From a bacterium (GTDB lineage Bacteria; SAR324; NAC60-12), in NCBI GenBank assembly GCA_965233585.1, contig CBDDTI010000493.1, forward strand, positions 1 to 33,684: a stretch of DNA of 33,684 nt, given 5' to 3'. Both the position numbers and the translations under genes were made by a program. Shown one piece after another: positions 11,034 through 23,212 of this stretch. Under the pieces are notes generated by a model. The model had not been told where the DNA came from, did not search any database, and saw nothing but the letters and a program-made list of their open reading frames with translations. Position 1 is the first letter of the stretch. Each line of letters begins with the position of its first letter.

Positions 11034-13809
11034 ATGATGAAAAAGGTTATAAACTATTTATTCAGGAATGATTTAGCAGAAATACCAAAACGAGGAAGAA
11101 GAGAATTAAAGTCAATAATAATAGATGATAAGAAATTCAGATACAACAAAGACAAACCAATATCTAGTGTCTTAACAAAGAAACTACTGACGGTCAAGAA
11201 AACTAATGAATACAGAAGTTATGCTTTAAACAAGGCAAAAGATGCGTTCAGCGAAGGAAGAGTGAGACAAATACTAACCAAACACGCAATCAGAAATAAA
11301 TTTAGGGTCAGAGATATTCAATCAGCATTTAGAAGATACGCTAATTCAATAGTTTTAGAAAATAAACACTTTCAAGGAGAAAGGGGATTAGAAATGATTT
11401 CGCACCAAAAACAAAGACTATCATATTTTTTAAGAAATAATAGAAGCATGAAACTTAACATAAGAACGGAAGGATTATTTGAAAAACCTGAATTTGATGA
11501 TGGAGGAAATGAATTAGGAAGTCAGGAACTTGTATATGCCCTACCATCAACCCGCTTCAATATTAGTAATGAGGATGAACTGACGCAAGCATTAAAGACA
11601 GTGTTAAACAAATCTTATTACAAATACAGAATTTAGAAGCATCAGCATCCAATTTAAGATTTAAGAAGATTTTGAGAATAACCATTCACTATGACAAATA
11701 TGACCCAACAAGAGCAGGGAGATACATAGAATTACCTGAATGGATTAAGCTAAAAAAGGCATGGATCAACATAAAGAACAGAGACCAAAAATGCTTCAAA
11801 TACTGTATTCAATCCGTAGTCTATGACAAAATAAGCAGACACCACCCAGAGGAAATGTTCCACTATAATAAACTGAAAGATGATATTTTGAACTGGGATG
11901 CGTCATTGGATAAGTTAGTTAGACTAAACAAATATGAAGGAAATGAAAAGATTAAAGATTGGGAAACTCGTTTCAGATATACATGCACCAACCCATATAT
12001 CAAATCTAAAACTGATTTGAATTTGCTGACTGATAAGGGTGTATATCCCTATGACTACATGAACTCATGGGAGAAATTCGATGAAACAAAACTACCAAAG
12101 AAAGAATATTTTTACAGCAAATTATATGAAGAAAACATAGCTGACAAAGACTACACCAGAGCAAATATTGTATGGAAACATTTTAACATTAAAAACCTTG
12201 GTGAATATCATGATTTGTATTTGATGACTGATGTATATTTACTGACTGATGTTTTTGAAAATTTTAGGGACATGTGCTTGAACTATTATGGATTAGACCC
12301 AGCATATTACATCACTTTACCTAACTATTCTTGGAATGCCTTTTTATCATTGACAGGAGTTAGACTGCAACAAATACACATAAAAGAAATGTATGAGATG
12401 ATTGAACATGGATTAAGAGGAGGAATGACACAGTGCTCCTTCAAGAAAGTAGGGGCAAACAATAAATACATGAATGAAGATTATGATAAATCTAAACCTT
12501 CATCATACATAAGTTATTTAGATGCTAATAACCTTTACGGATTAGCAATGTGTAAGAAACTGCCATATGGTGATTTTAAATGGCATTGCGGTAGAATGGA
12601 TGAAAAGAGAGTATTGAAATATTGTGATGATGATGACATAGGATACATATTAGAAGTTGATTTAGATTATCCAAAAGAACTACATGATTTACATAAAGAC
12701 TATCCATTAGCACCTGAAATCATGAGTATCAATGAGAATATGCTTTCAAAAGTCCAGAAGGATATACACAAATACTTTTATGGAAAAGATGCCAGTGATG
12801 AAAAGACAAATAAGTTAGTATTAAATGTAATGGATAAAAAGAAGTATGTTTTGCACATATCAGCATGGAAATTCTATCTGCAACACGGATTACGTCTTAA
12901 AAAAGTCCAGAGAGCAATAAGTTTCAAACAAGCAAACTTCTTAAAACCATTCATTGAATTCAACACTGAAAAGAGAAAGAATGCCAACAATGACTTTGAA
13001 AAAAATTGTTTAAGTTAATGAATAATAGCGTATACGGCAAGACCATGGAGAATGTAAGAAAGCATGGTGATTTTGAAATTGTCAATACGCCTGAACGCTT
13101 CCAAAAACTGGTAAATAAACCGCTATTCAAGCACAGACATATCATAAATGAAGACCTTGTAATTGTTGAAAAAGATAAACACACAGTGGAACTAAGCAAA
13201 CCTATCTATATGGGTATGTCTATTTTAGACTATTCTAAAATTCACATGTATTCCTTCTATTATGATGTTTTGAAACCAAAATATCAAGATAGTATTAAAT
13301 TGGTCTATACTGATACTGATAGTTATGTAATCAAAGTTGAGACTGATGACTTATATGAAGACTTTGTGGAGATAAATGAATACATGGATTTCAGTGATTA
13401 TCCAGCAGAACATCCAAATCATGATAAATCAAACAAGAAGGTATTAGGGAAATTCAAGGATGAAATGAACGGTAAAATAATTACTCACTTTATAGGATTG
13501 AAACCAAAGGCATATTGTTATAAAGTATATGGTGATGAGAAGGAACACAAGAAAAGTAAAGGGGTAGTCAAGCATAAAGTGAGCAATCAGTTAAGTTACA
13601 AAACGTATGAAGGGACATTGAATAGAAACTGTAAAGAAGAAGTCAGTTTTAACACTATCAGAAGTAAGAACCATCAAATTTATAGCATTAATCAGACTAA
13701 ATATGCTTTAAGCAACTACGACAATAAACGCTACTGGTATTCAGATTTTGAAAGCCTCCGGTTTGGACACTATGCCATAGAATATCTACATAACGAAAAG
13801 ATGATTTAA
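11034..13809 (+). pseudogene. Protein-primed family B DNA polymerase (Polinton-type pPolB), left copy; two frameshifts and a ~1-kb in-frame deletion
   Basis: Motifs GRYIELPEWI, KGVYPYDY, YLMTDVYLL, GLRGG, YLDANNLYG (motif A), KLMNNSVYGK (motif B), YTDTDS (motif C). Frameshifts near 11597 and 13003; deletion junction at 11900/11901. Confidence 0.93.
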
Positions 13810-14385
13810 GATATATGGATATAAATTCAACAACTGAAAAATTATGTCAAAGAATGGCAAGACATAGAAGAGCTTATAAATATTGTTTATAAACAATACA
13901 AACCCCCACAAACACCATCCTAACTCAATGAAATCGTTTGATGAGTTCGGTCTTGAAAACTGCAAACTAGTTCTTATTGCAGAATACCCATGCCAAAACA
14001 GAAAGCAACTCGAAAAGAAAGAAGGTGGATATATTGAAAATGATAAGAACGGTCTTAACAGATGTATTGCTGGTCGGACTTGAATGGAAGATTGCGGCGC
14101 CACAGGAGAGCATCACCTTCAACAGTAAAACATATCAGAATAGAGAATATTGAAAAATACAAAGAAAAAGACAAACGGCATCATGAGAACAATAAAAATA
14201 AAATACAAGAAAAAAAGACGAAACACTACAAAAATGAGGAGAAATATTGCGAGAAGAACTCAAAGCATAGAGAAGGAAACAGAGAAACATTGAGGCAAAC
14301 ACAAAGAAAAAGATACCAAAGAGAGAAAGATAAGATAAATGCAAAAAGAAGAGAAAGGCAAAAACAGAAGAAAGAACAACAACTA
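13802..14385 (+). pseudogene. GIY-YIG endonuclease remnant with charged coiled-coil tail
   Basis: STTEKLCQRMARHRR...FDEFGLENCKLVLIAEYPCQNRKQLEKKEGGYI...NRCIAGRT resembles GIY-YIG proteins of large eukaryotic DNA viruses and polinton-like viruses. The N-terminal GIY/YIG motifs are eroded and there are internal stops. Confidence 0.7.
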
Positions 14386-15331
14386 CTAATCAACCAAAAG
14401 CAGCTCATGCCTATTATACCTTTTACTCATTTCATTCCATCTAGTTTATAGTATCTGTTATTCATCATATCAGGACCAACTAAAATCACTTTGTATTTCC
14501 TTTCACTCCACTGACTTCTAGTTTCCTTCCTTGATACATAGTTGCCCTTTCCTTTATCAAATATCTTAACATAATCTCCTTCACTTATGTTTGGATATTT
14601 TCTGTTATGCTTTTCTTTCAGTATCAGATTTGTTCTGACCTGAATTACGTTATCAAGATTGTGCGCATTATTTGGTGTTGTCTTGGTGCTACTGTGGATT
14701 TGGTTGTTGTATCTATTCAATGATGGCTTTAGCACTTCCTCCAATGTTTTGGTTTTGTAATGCCTCAATCTATCCCCAATCATTTTTTTGACCGTGCGTA
14801 TCATCCTTTCTGCCTGATTTGCATGCGTCTTTGTTATTACGTGTCTGTTATACCTTCCTGCTTAAAAAATGTTTGCAGTTTCTTGCTGTTCAACGCTCCT
14901 TCGTCGTCGCTGTAAATCGACAAAGGCTGACCTAATACCTTGAAACACTCCATGACTGCTTTATAAACGTCATCACCATCTTTATTCTCGATAGGGACTA
15001 TGTGACATTTTTTGCTGAATATATCTATGCATATTAAACCATATCTTAATTGACTTTTGATTTCAGAACCTACGTCTCGCAACAAACTGGTAACATCCAT
15101 CAAGTCAATTTGGAATTCATACTTGGGAAACGGAGCAGTGTAGGAATTGTAGTTCTTGTAGTTTCTTGTTTGCTTGTTCGGCTGCGCCCTCATCCATGTA
15201 GATACCATCTCCGAAGTTATGCCTACATCGACTTTCCTAACCTTTTCGTATAAGTCCCTCACCGAACCGAAGCCCTCGTCCACGTCGTAGTATATTCTTT
15301 CCAATACCTTTTCTTTTTCCAATCTTGCCAT
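14386..15331 (-). pseudogene. RVE (retroviral-like DDE) integrase, Polinton-type, left copy; frameshifted
   Basis: FQIDLMD, YGLICIDIFSKK, IYSDDEGAL, AERMIRTVK and an SH3-like tail GDYVKI...WSERKYKV...RHELLLV. Lesions: +2 near 14840 and a 5-bp duplication near 14430. Confidence 0.92.
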
Positions 15332-15390
15332 TAAAAATATTTAGATTATAATTTTATGATATGTTCTTGCATCATAAAATCATAGTGAAC

Positions 15391-15741
15391 TCAAACCAAG
15401 AACCTTTGGCACTTCTTCGTTTTCTTGTGCTTTGCCAAGTTTGATTTACAACTTAAGTCAGAACCGCATATATCGCATACGCACGGTTGTTTCGTTCTCT
15501 CTTGGTAATATCTTTGGAAATACTTTTCGTCGTTCGGTTTTCTGTTGTAATATCCGTCATCTTGTTTTCTCCATTCAGCATTGGTGTTTTTGTTAACTGA
15601 TGAGTTTGCTTAGTAGCTTTCTTCAGATGAAGATGTTTCGCTGTCAATGAGTTCTTTGTTGCCAAAACCGTTCCAAATAAAGTCAAAGGTTTGATTTGTC
15701 ATCGGGATTTCAACTCCACTACTTACCAGGTAACAAGGCAT
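15391..15741 (-). pseudogene. C2H2-type zinc-finger protein, left copy with an in-frame stop
   Basis: Same 351-bp length as the intact copy at 22804-23154; AAA>TAA at ~15610. Confidence 0.75.
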
Positions 15742-16074
15742 ACTGCAAATATAGTTAATTATATATCTCAATATTTGTCTAAGTTTGTTTATACTATGTA
15801 TATCAGTTTGTGCTTGTGGCATCTCGTACAAGTCCTTAACACAACCCCAAAACAGTTTCGACATCAAAGTTTATAGGTTTGAGCATTTTACCCTTCCAAC
15901 TCCACCGGTTGACTTATTTTTAGTGACACCCAGTCCTAAACCCTCAAAAATCCAAACCCAAACATGCTTAGCGTTCAAAACAGTGAGACTTGGGCTTTGT
16001 CCCAAGCCAATCCAAAAACCAAACCAATTTTCCACCAAACCGCACCAGTTTGTCCCAAAAAAAGGAGCCTGTTT

Positions 16075-16470
16075 TTCCAAAAACGGAGCTTCCCAAAAAC
16101 GGTGACGGATTTCCCCAAAATCGGTGGCAGATTTTCCCAAAATCGGTGACGGATTTCCCCAAAATCGGTGGCAGATTTTCCCAAAATCGGTGACGGATTC
16201 AGTGGCAGATTTCCTCAAAGTCTGTAACGGATTTTCCCAAAATCGGTGGCAGATTTTCCCAAAGTCGGTGACGGATTTCCCCAAAGTCGGTGACGGATTT
16301 CCCCGAAAACGGAGCCAGTTTTTATCAAAAACGAAGCAAGTTTGTTCCAAAATTGGTGGCTGATTTTCCCAAAGTCCCTGGCTGATTTCCTCAAAGTCGG
16401 GTGACTGGTTGCCTCAAAATCTGTGACGGATTTCCCCAAAATCGGTGTTAGATTTTCCCAAAAATTGCCC
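16075..16470. repeat. 22-bp unit array (AAAATCGGTGGCAGATTTTCCC / AAAATCGGTGACGGATTTCCCC) near the inner end of the left arm
   Basis: Alternating 22-mers are directly visible and explain the overlapping ORFs in all frames. Confidence 0.9.
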
Positions 16471-18126
16471 GCAAATCTCCACAAATCCTCAAATACCGAA
16501 CCAGCTTTCCCAAAAGCGAACCAATTTATTGCCCAAAACCGGAGCCATTTTTTTGGCTCGAACAGAGCCAGTCTTTCCCTAAAACGTATTTTCTGTTGTT
16601 GCTTCAATTTAGGATAAGCACACACAGTCCAAAAGGATAAGAAAACCAGAAAGAAGAACTGTATTCCACAAATTTTCTCCGGATTTTCCTTCGATTTTCC
16701 ATCTAAAACTATTTTCCCTCTTGTCATTGGCAAAAGTCAAAACGACAACGGCGCTTGCGTGCACAAAGCCATCCGTCAAACCAATCACCACTTCCATGAG
16801 TTTTTGCCACTCCATTTTGTGTTTGTGCCACGTTTGGGTGAAACTCTGCGCTGAACAGCTCTGTGGCTTCTGTACCAGCCGCTCACCGTTCGGTTGTGGC
16901 AAATTGCCTCTTCAACTCGTTATTTCCCAGTTTGATATGCCGCCTTTGTATCTTTATATCATCATCCCCTTTACAAGAATAACAATTAAAATCCCACAAT
17001 GACAAAACCAAAGTGCAAAGCTTGCCACAACAAAACATATTACGCATCTTACAATGGAGAAGATGCAAATGCACGGAGCATGGAATGACACCGTCCAATG
17101 CTCACAGTGGGGCCAGAAAGAGCCTCACAAAGCAAAACTGCTTCAAGATGCACCATTTAGCAAACAAAAGCACTGCCACACTGCACACGTTGCTCAAAAA
17201 CAAGCCAGCCTCTATGGAATGAGGTATCCATAGCAGTCCAACCTGAATGATTGGTTGACCCCTGCAATTTTGCAAGGCGTTTGTAACAAGCAAATAACAA
17301 TATTGACATGGCTGATTGCAAATCACCAATTGTCTCAGCAAGATGCCAGCCTCTACGGCACAATGTAGCCATAAGGAGTGTCTTCAACAAGGCACTCGTC
17401 ACAAGGATTAACACGTTCTACTGAGGGGAGGACTTGGAGGCACCGCGTTCAATGGAAGCTTCTTCGTCTTCATTGCTCCAGTTGCCGTCCTGCGGAGAAG
17501 GCATTCAAACTAGAAAGAACTCACCAAACACAAACTGGCAGGTCATCGACGCAACTGCAACTAGCAAAGAAGTTGCTGGCACAGACAACGGCGCGTCCTC
17601 TTGGCTAAATATTTCTATCTTCGACGGTGCAATGGCTAGTTCTTCTTCTTTCTTGATCGCCTCAGAGCAAAACAAGCTTTCAATCACTACTTTGTTTGTC
17701 TTCTACTCAACGTCAACTAAGGCACAGCATTGCACATGAACGCAAAACCATGAACTCACAGCACATGTTGTAGATGCGGACGCTCCGCTTTACATGTGTC
17801 ATTTCTCTTCTGAAAAATTCCCACAACAAGATGAAAGAAATTCCGTTTGAGGTCTGCACCTTCTTCAAATATGCCTGACGACGTTCAAGTTGAGATACAC
17901 AACATCTTATCCAAATTCAAATCCAGACCAAGCATGCACTAAAAAGCGTTCAACAAATACATGTCGGGAATGCGATATTTTGAGGCACTGGGTCGATTGG
18001 GAAAGGATTGCCGACGAGTTCAAAGCCACCCTTGTCGTCCTGCAAGGTCAGCAACCAAGACATTCAAATTCAACCTCTTCTAGCCTTGTGCTACTGGCTT
18101 GTGCTACTGGCATTTACTTACCAAAG

Positions 18127-19420
18127 GGCACAGCAAAGGAACAAGGGCATGGCAGAAAACATACAAAGTCTTTCGTCTAAAACCTCTCCATGAATGAAAG
18201 TAATATTTTGTAAATATCGCTCAACAAACCCTGAGGAATAAATATGCTAGCGTTTTATGTATAAAACATTTACTTCCCTCAAAAGAACATGGCAAAGGAA
18301 CAAGCAAAGGGCAGAGAAACAACATCTTGCGTCTAAGTCCTTTCGAAGTTGAATATTGGAAGACATCCAAATAAACAACAATGTAATCCCCCAACAGTCC
18401 TGAAACAAAACGTGACAAGGCAAAGGATGCCAAAATGAAATCTCTTGATGAAGTTTCGGCTGAACAAACCACCTGTATTTTAACCTAACACTAGTCAGAG
18501 GATCTTCGAAGGGAACAATGGCATCAACTGTTGCAGTGGCTCTTGCAAATAACAATGCTTTTGACGCTTGAGTGGGAGAAATGATGGAACACAACCCTAC
18601 CTTTATCAACAGGACCAATCCAGACCGGTTTTAGCACACGAACCGCGCAAAGCAACACATGAAAGGAACACATATAGGGATGACAAGGCTGCTTGTTCAA
18701 CACTTGCTGTATCGCTCACAAGGTGAGATGTTGAGGTGGGAACAGGGAAATGGACATACCAAAGCAACAAGGGTATGGCAGAAAACATACAAAGTCTTTA
18801 GTCTAAATCCTCTCTTTCAAATTGAGGAAGATGTTTGGAATACATCTTTTAACAAATCCTGAGGAATGAACAACCCTGTTATCTACCCCCAAAAAGTCCT
18901 GAGCCGTGTCAAGAACATAAAAATGACACAGTAGTATTTTGCATAGCGGGCTTGCCCTTAATCACGCTTTTAGTTTGGGGCATGGCAGAAAAACATACAC
19001 ACCTGACAAAATTTCACAGCAAAGGAACAAGGGCATGGCAGAAAAACATACAAAGTCTTCAGTCTAAATCCTCTCTATCAATCGCAGGAAGATTATTGGA
19101 ACATATGTTTAAACAAATCCTGAGGAATGAACAACCCTGCAATCTTCCCCCCTAAAAGTTATGAACCCTACCAAGTTCGTGGGGCATGGCTTTTCGTCAA
19201 TAAAAGTTCTTCCTACACCTGACAAAAGGGCACGGCAAAGGAACAAGGGCATGGCGGAAAATCATACCAAGTCTTTAGTCTCAAACATGTCTATCAATTT
19301 GAGGAAAATGTTGGTAAGATATCATTCAACAAATCCTGAGGAATAAGCAACCCTGCAGTATACTCCTGAGAAGTCCTGAGCCCTACCAAGAAGATACAAT
19401 GTCACGGTAGTGTCTTGCGT
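18127..19420. repeat. Five degenerate direct repeats (~110-200 bp) in the central spacer
   Basis: CAAAGGAACAAGGGCATGGCAGAAAACATACAAAGTCTT..TCTAAA..AACAAATCCTGAGGAAT recurs at ~18127, 18290, 18758, 19016 and 19229. Confidence 0.8.
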
Positions 19421-20179
19421 GCGGACTGCAGTATCTTGCACAGTGGACTTTCCCACAATCATTTGTTTGGGTTTGGGAGGAACATTACATAGACGCCCTT
19501 TCTTAACGCCCATCCTCTTTTTATGCTACACCCAAACTGACCATTCATTCTTAGCCACAACTAGACAAAGGGAACTGCAAAAAAAACAACAAGGAAGAGG
19601 TCTTCAACCCTTAAGGATTTGATGCTAGGGTGGGAGATTGTTTGACATCGTTAGCGTCAATGACTAAAAACGGTTGATAAAGGAACAGCTGGCATGACAA
19701 GAAATTCCATGGCTTCTTGCATCCAGAGGTGACTGATGTGTGGGGGCAGTCGGAGATTACATCAAACAAACCCATTCCTTTTCGCAGTTTCATCCGACTG
19801 AGCACAAAACTAAGCCCAACAAATCAAGAGCAAACACGAATAGCAACCCAAGAGTGGAAGGCTTTTCACTTTAAGGTGGGTCATGAAAAACCTCTCCCCA
19901 AACCTGCAGAGCAACGACTTTGCTGAAACAAAACCCGTTTTTACACAGCCAAACAGTCATTGCACTTCTTTGCAGTCCTTGCGGATTTGTCTCACCCAAA
20001 CAGCTGGTGGTGCAGTCGCAGTGCCACCTTGCAGGGAAGAAGTATATGGATGCTTGTTTTGTTTTATCTATCAACTTCATGATTGTGCACCTATATAAAT
20101 CTCAACAAGTTTATTCAACCTCTATCAACCTCCTGTTTGGAACAGTGTAAGCAAACAGAACAACAAAAAAGCAAAAGAG

Positions 20180-21572
20180 CTAGTTTGTGAAACACCGTCC
20201 TGATGTTGGCAAAGGAATGTTCTGGAGCTCATGGGCAATCAGCAGCTTCGTGTGATAAGACGATGGGATGACAGCCCATTTTTTATCTGCGCCAGTGAAG
20301 ATGGTGGGTAAACCGAAGGTGATGGAATTCTTGTCGATGAACCCGCCCAGGTTCTCCTCCGCAATCATTTTAGCACCTTCGTCCACCTTCACATCCTCCA
20401 CCAAAGAGAAGCCTTCCTTGGCGATGTTCTCGAGGTGAGCCCTCGCCGCTGCATTTTTCACACAGGAAGGCAGCCCGGGACATCGCACAACTGCAAAGGG
20501 GTCGAAGTTATCCTTCTTCCGAATGAGGCTCTCCAAAGCCTGCTTGGTGGTGAAAATGTCCCCGCCGAAGTACTCATAGAACATCTCTGCCAAGTCTTTG
20601 TCCATGCCCCAATCATCCTTCAGCATCTTGAGCATGTCTGACTCTGGCACTTCGCCGATGACAATGACTTTGCCTATGTCCCTGAGGTCTAACCCTGCAG
20701 CTTGCAGGCGGAAGGGATACCCAAACTCTGAGGAGATGAGGACTACGCTCGACAGCATGTCTTGCTTTGTCCATTTTGTTATCGCGGCCAAAGCTGACTT
20801 GGCTTCGCGCCTCTCCCCACTATCCTGTCCATTTGTCAAGCCGGGTAGTGCAAGGTTTGCCTCGTCGACCACAATTGCAGTTTTTTTTTGATTTTTTGCC
20901 CACCATCTTTAGAAATTCATCCAAAGCAGACCTGACCTTTTCCGTTTTATCTGCAACAAGTCGCACAAATGCATCCTTCACAGAATTGGAGATAGGAACT
21001 GCTGCAGGACCGAGGCCTTCAAAAGCCACTAAACCTGCAGAAAAAATCGCCGAAAGTGCAGGAAGGACCACTGCTTTGAGGTCCTGCCCCTCTTCAGTCC
21101 TGTTAGCAACTTGTAGCAATGCATGCAGCAAATTTGCTCCAGGTTTGTTTCTCATGTCCTCTGAGAGGACCACCAAGTTTGAGCTACACCTTTGCAGCGC
21201 AGCTTCTTTGAGAAATGATTTTCCCAAATTCTTGCCACCCAAGACACAGGTGAGCACTCCTGTCTGCTCCATTGACAATATCAATTCCTCTATTGCCTTA
21301 CTTCTGTCGACATTTTTTTTGGAATTCATGTGACCGTTTGCAAGCGCGACAATTCTCTCCATATAGGTCTCGGCATCAGTCTTGTTCCTAGTGGCGGCTT
21401 GTTGCACCGCTACCCAAAAACCTTTTGCCTCACCCGAGTCAACACTAGGTAGAACGCGCAGCTTCACTGATCGCGGTTGATTTCTTGTTGCCCCTGTTGT
21501 CAAAAAGCATGCAACCACACTTGCTCAAAGGACACATGCGAGTGCACCACGCCATTTGCGTGAGCCGGACAT
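20180..21572 (-). pseudogene. Intronless P-loop NTPase (archaeal-ATPase/STAND-like), interrupted
   Basis: Walker A LGGKNLGKS. Removing one A from the A9 run at 20881-20889 joins the two ORFs through KTAIVVDEAN (Walker B), followed by VVLISSE. An in-frame upstream ATG at 21572 gives MSGSRKWRGALACVL*ASVVACF, a hydrophobic leader with one TGA. Confidence 0.8.
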
Positions 21573-22279
21573 CTCATGAAGTGTAGTCAAGAGTATTCAA
21601 ATAACTTGAAAAGGTTCATCAAATTGCAACAAATCATGCGAAAGGTTGACCATGCAAAATCTCTGAGCGTCTTTACACATCTCTGTGCACGTATCGGGAA
21701 CTAAGGTTGATATTACTGACTGCGCTCATACCACTGATAGTTTGAACACTAAGTTCCGTGACTACAATGAGGTTTAACGAGAAACAAATTCCAGCGTGCC
21801 CGAAAAACAGTGAATATTGTAATGTCCAAAGTTTGCAGTTGTCAGCGGAGAAATTCTAACACTTGCAGTGGCTTGAAGAGAAAGGACGGCACAGACAGAA
21901 ATACAAAACGCGTGAAAAACAAATCCAACTTGTTTGGTTATAAAATCCACAGGTTTTGGAAATGATATCATGAAACCCATGCAGTCTGGAAATGAAATCC
22001 ACCGGCTTAGGAGATTGCATCCAAAGGCTTGGAAACTAAATCCATTTGGAAATGACATCCTTGAAAATGAAACGAGAAAGCACATGTGTTCAAGCGTGCG
22101 AACATAATCTTAGTCCAATTTTGCTGTTTTTTCCAAATTCTATTGTTTCATTCGGATATGGAGCGCGCCTGTGTGTGCTTATCCTAAATTGAAGCAACAA
22201 CAGAAAATACGTTTTAGGAGAAGACTGGCTCTGTTCGAGCAAAAAAACTGGCTCCGCTTCTGGGCAATAAATTGGTTCG

Positions 22280-22500
22280 GTTTCTAAGGAAAATCAGCCA
22301 CCGATTTTGGGGAAATCCGTCACCGACTTTGGGGAAACCAGCCATCGACTTTGGGAAGCTCCGTTTTTGGGAAAAACAGTTTCCGTTTTTGGGAAAAACA
22401 TGCTCCGTTTTTTGGGAAAAAACATGTTCCGTTTTTGGGAAAAACATGCACCGTTTTTGGGACAAAGTGGCTCCGTTTTTGGGAAAAAGCGGGTCGGTTT
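22280..22500. repeat. ~21-22 bp unit array (CCGTTTTTGGGAAAAACATG..) near the inner end of the right arm
   Basis: Directly visible; a different sub-unit is expanded than in the left arm. Confidence 0.85.
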
Positions 22501-22803
22501 GGGGGGGGAAAATTGGCTCGGTCTTTGGATTGGCTTGGGACAAAGCTTAAGTCTCACTGTTTTGAACGCTAAGCATGTTTGGGTTTGGATTTTTGAGGTT
22601 TTAGGACTGGGTGTCACTAAAAATAAGTCAACCGGTGGGAAGTTGGAAGGGTAAAATGTTCAAACCTATAAACTTTGATGCTGAACCTGTTTTTGATTTT
22701 GTGTTAGGTACCTTTATGAGATGCCACAAGCACAAACTGATATACATAGTATAAATATATTTAAACAAATATTAAGATATACAACTAACTATATATACAC
22801 AAT

Positions 22804-23154
22804 ATGCCTTGTTACTTTGTAAGTAGTGGAGTTGAAATCCCGATGACAAATCAAACCTTTGACTTTATTTGGAACGGTTTTGGCAACAAAGAACTCATTG
22901 ACAGCGAAACATCTTCATCTGAAGAAAGCTACAAAGCAAACTCATCCGTTAACAAGAACACCAATGCTGAATGGAGAAAACAAGGTGACGGATATTACAA
23001 TAGAAAACCGAACGACAAAACATATTTCCAAAGATACTACCAAGAGAAAACGAAACAACCGTGTGTATGCGATATATGCGGCTCTGCCACGAGCTGTAAA
23101 TCAAACTTGGCAAAACACAAGATAACCAAAAAGTGCCAGAGGTTCTTGGTTTGA
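22804..23154 (+). CDS. 116-aa C2H2-type zinc-finger protein
   Basis: YYQEKTKQPCVCDICGSATSCKSNLAKHKITKKC; intact ORF directly upstream of the integrase. Confidence 0.78.
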   Translation: MPCYFVSSGVEIPMTNQTFDFIWNGFGNKELIDSETSSSEESYKANSSVNKNTNAEWRKQGDGYYNRKPNDKTYFQRYYQEKTKQPCVCDICGSATSCKSNLAKHKITKKCQRFLV

Positions 23155-23212
23155 GTTCACTATGATTTTATGATACAAGAACATATCATAAACTCTAATC
23201 TAAGTATTTTTA

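Larger units (their letters stand above)
9484..16627 (+). repeat. Left inverted arm
   Basis: Homology to the right arm ends at ...AGGATAAGCACACACAG (16627). Confidence 0.92.

Noticed and set aside
16538..16562. ACCGGAGCCATTTTTTTGGCTCGAA resembles the dinoflagellate spliced leader (DCCGTAGCCATTTTGGCTCAAG)
   Set aside because: The mirrored position in the right arm reads GCGGAGCCAGTTTTTTTGCTCG. It is a variant of the local CGGAGCCAGTTTT repeat and no gene follows.
9490..16626. Each arm as an independent TGT...ACA-ended element
   Set aside because: Neither arm has internal TIRs or a flanking TSD; only the full palindrome has a direct repeat.
15871..16733. Overlapping ORFs here and at 22214-22654, 9089-9535 and 29867-30321
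   Set aside because: They are translations of tandem repeats open in several frames.
16628..20180. Capsid, penton or protease genes in the spacer
   Set aside because: Only short ORFs with no recognisable motifs; heavily decayed genes cannot be excluded without profile searches.
20881..20889. Programmed frameshift at the A9 run of the ATPase
   Set aside because: A homopolymer error or simple mutation is more parsimonious, and the gene also has an upstream in-frame stop.
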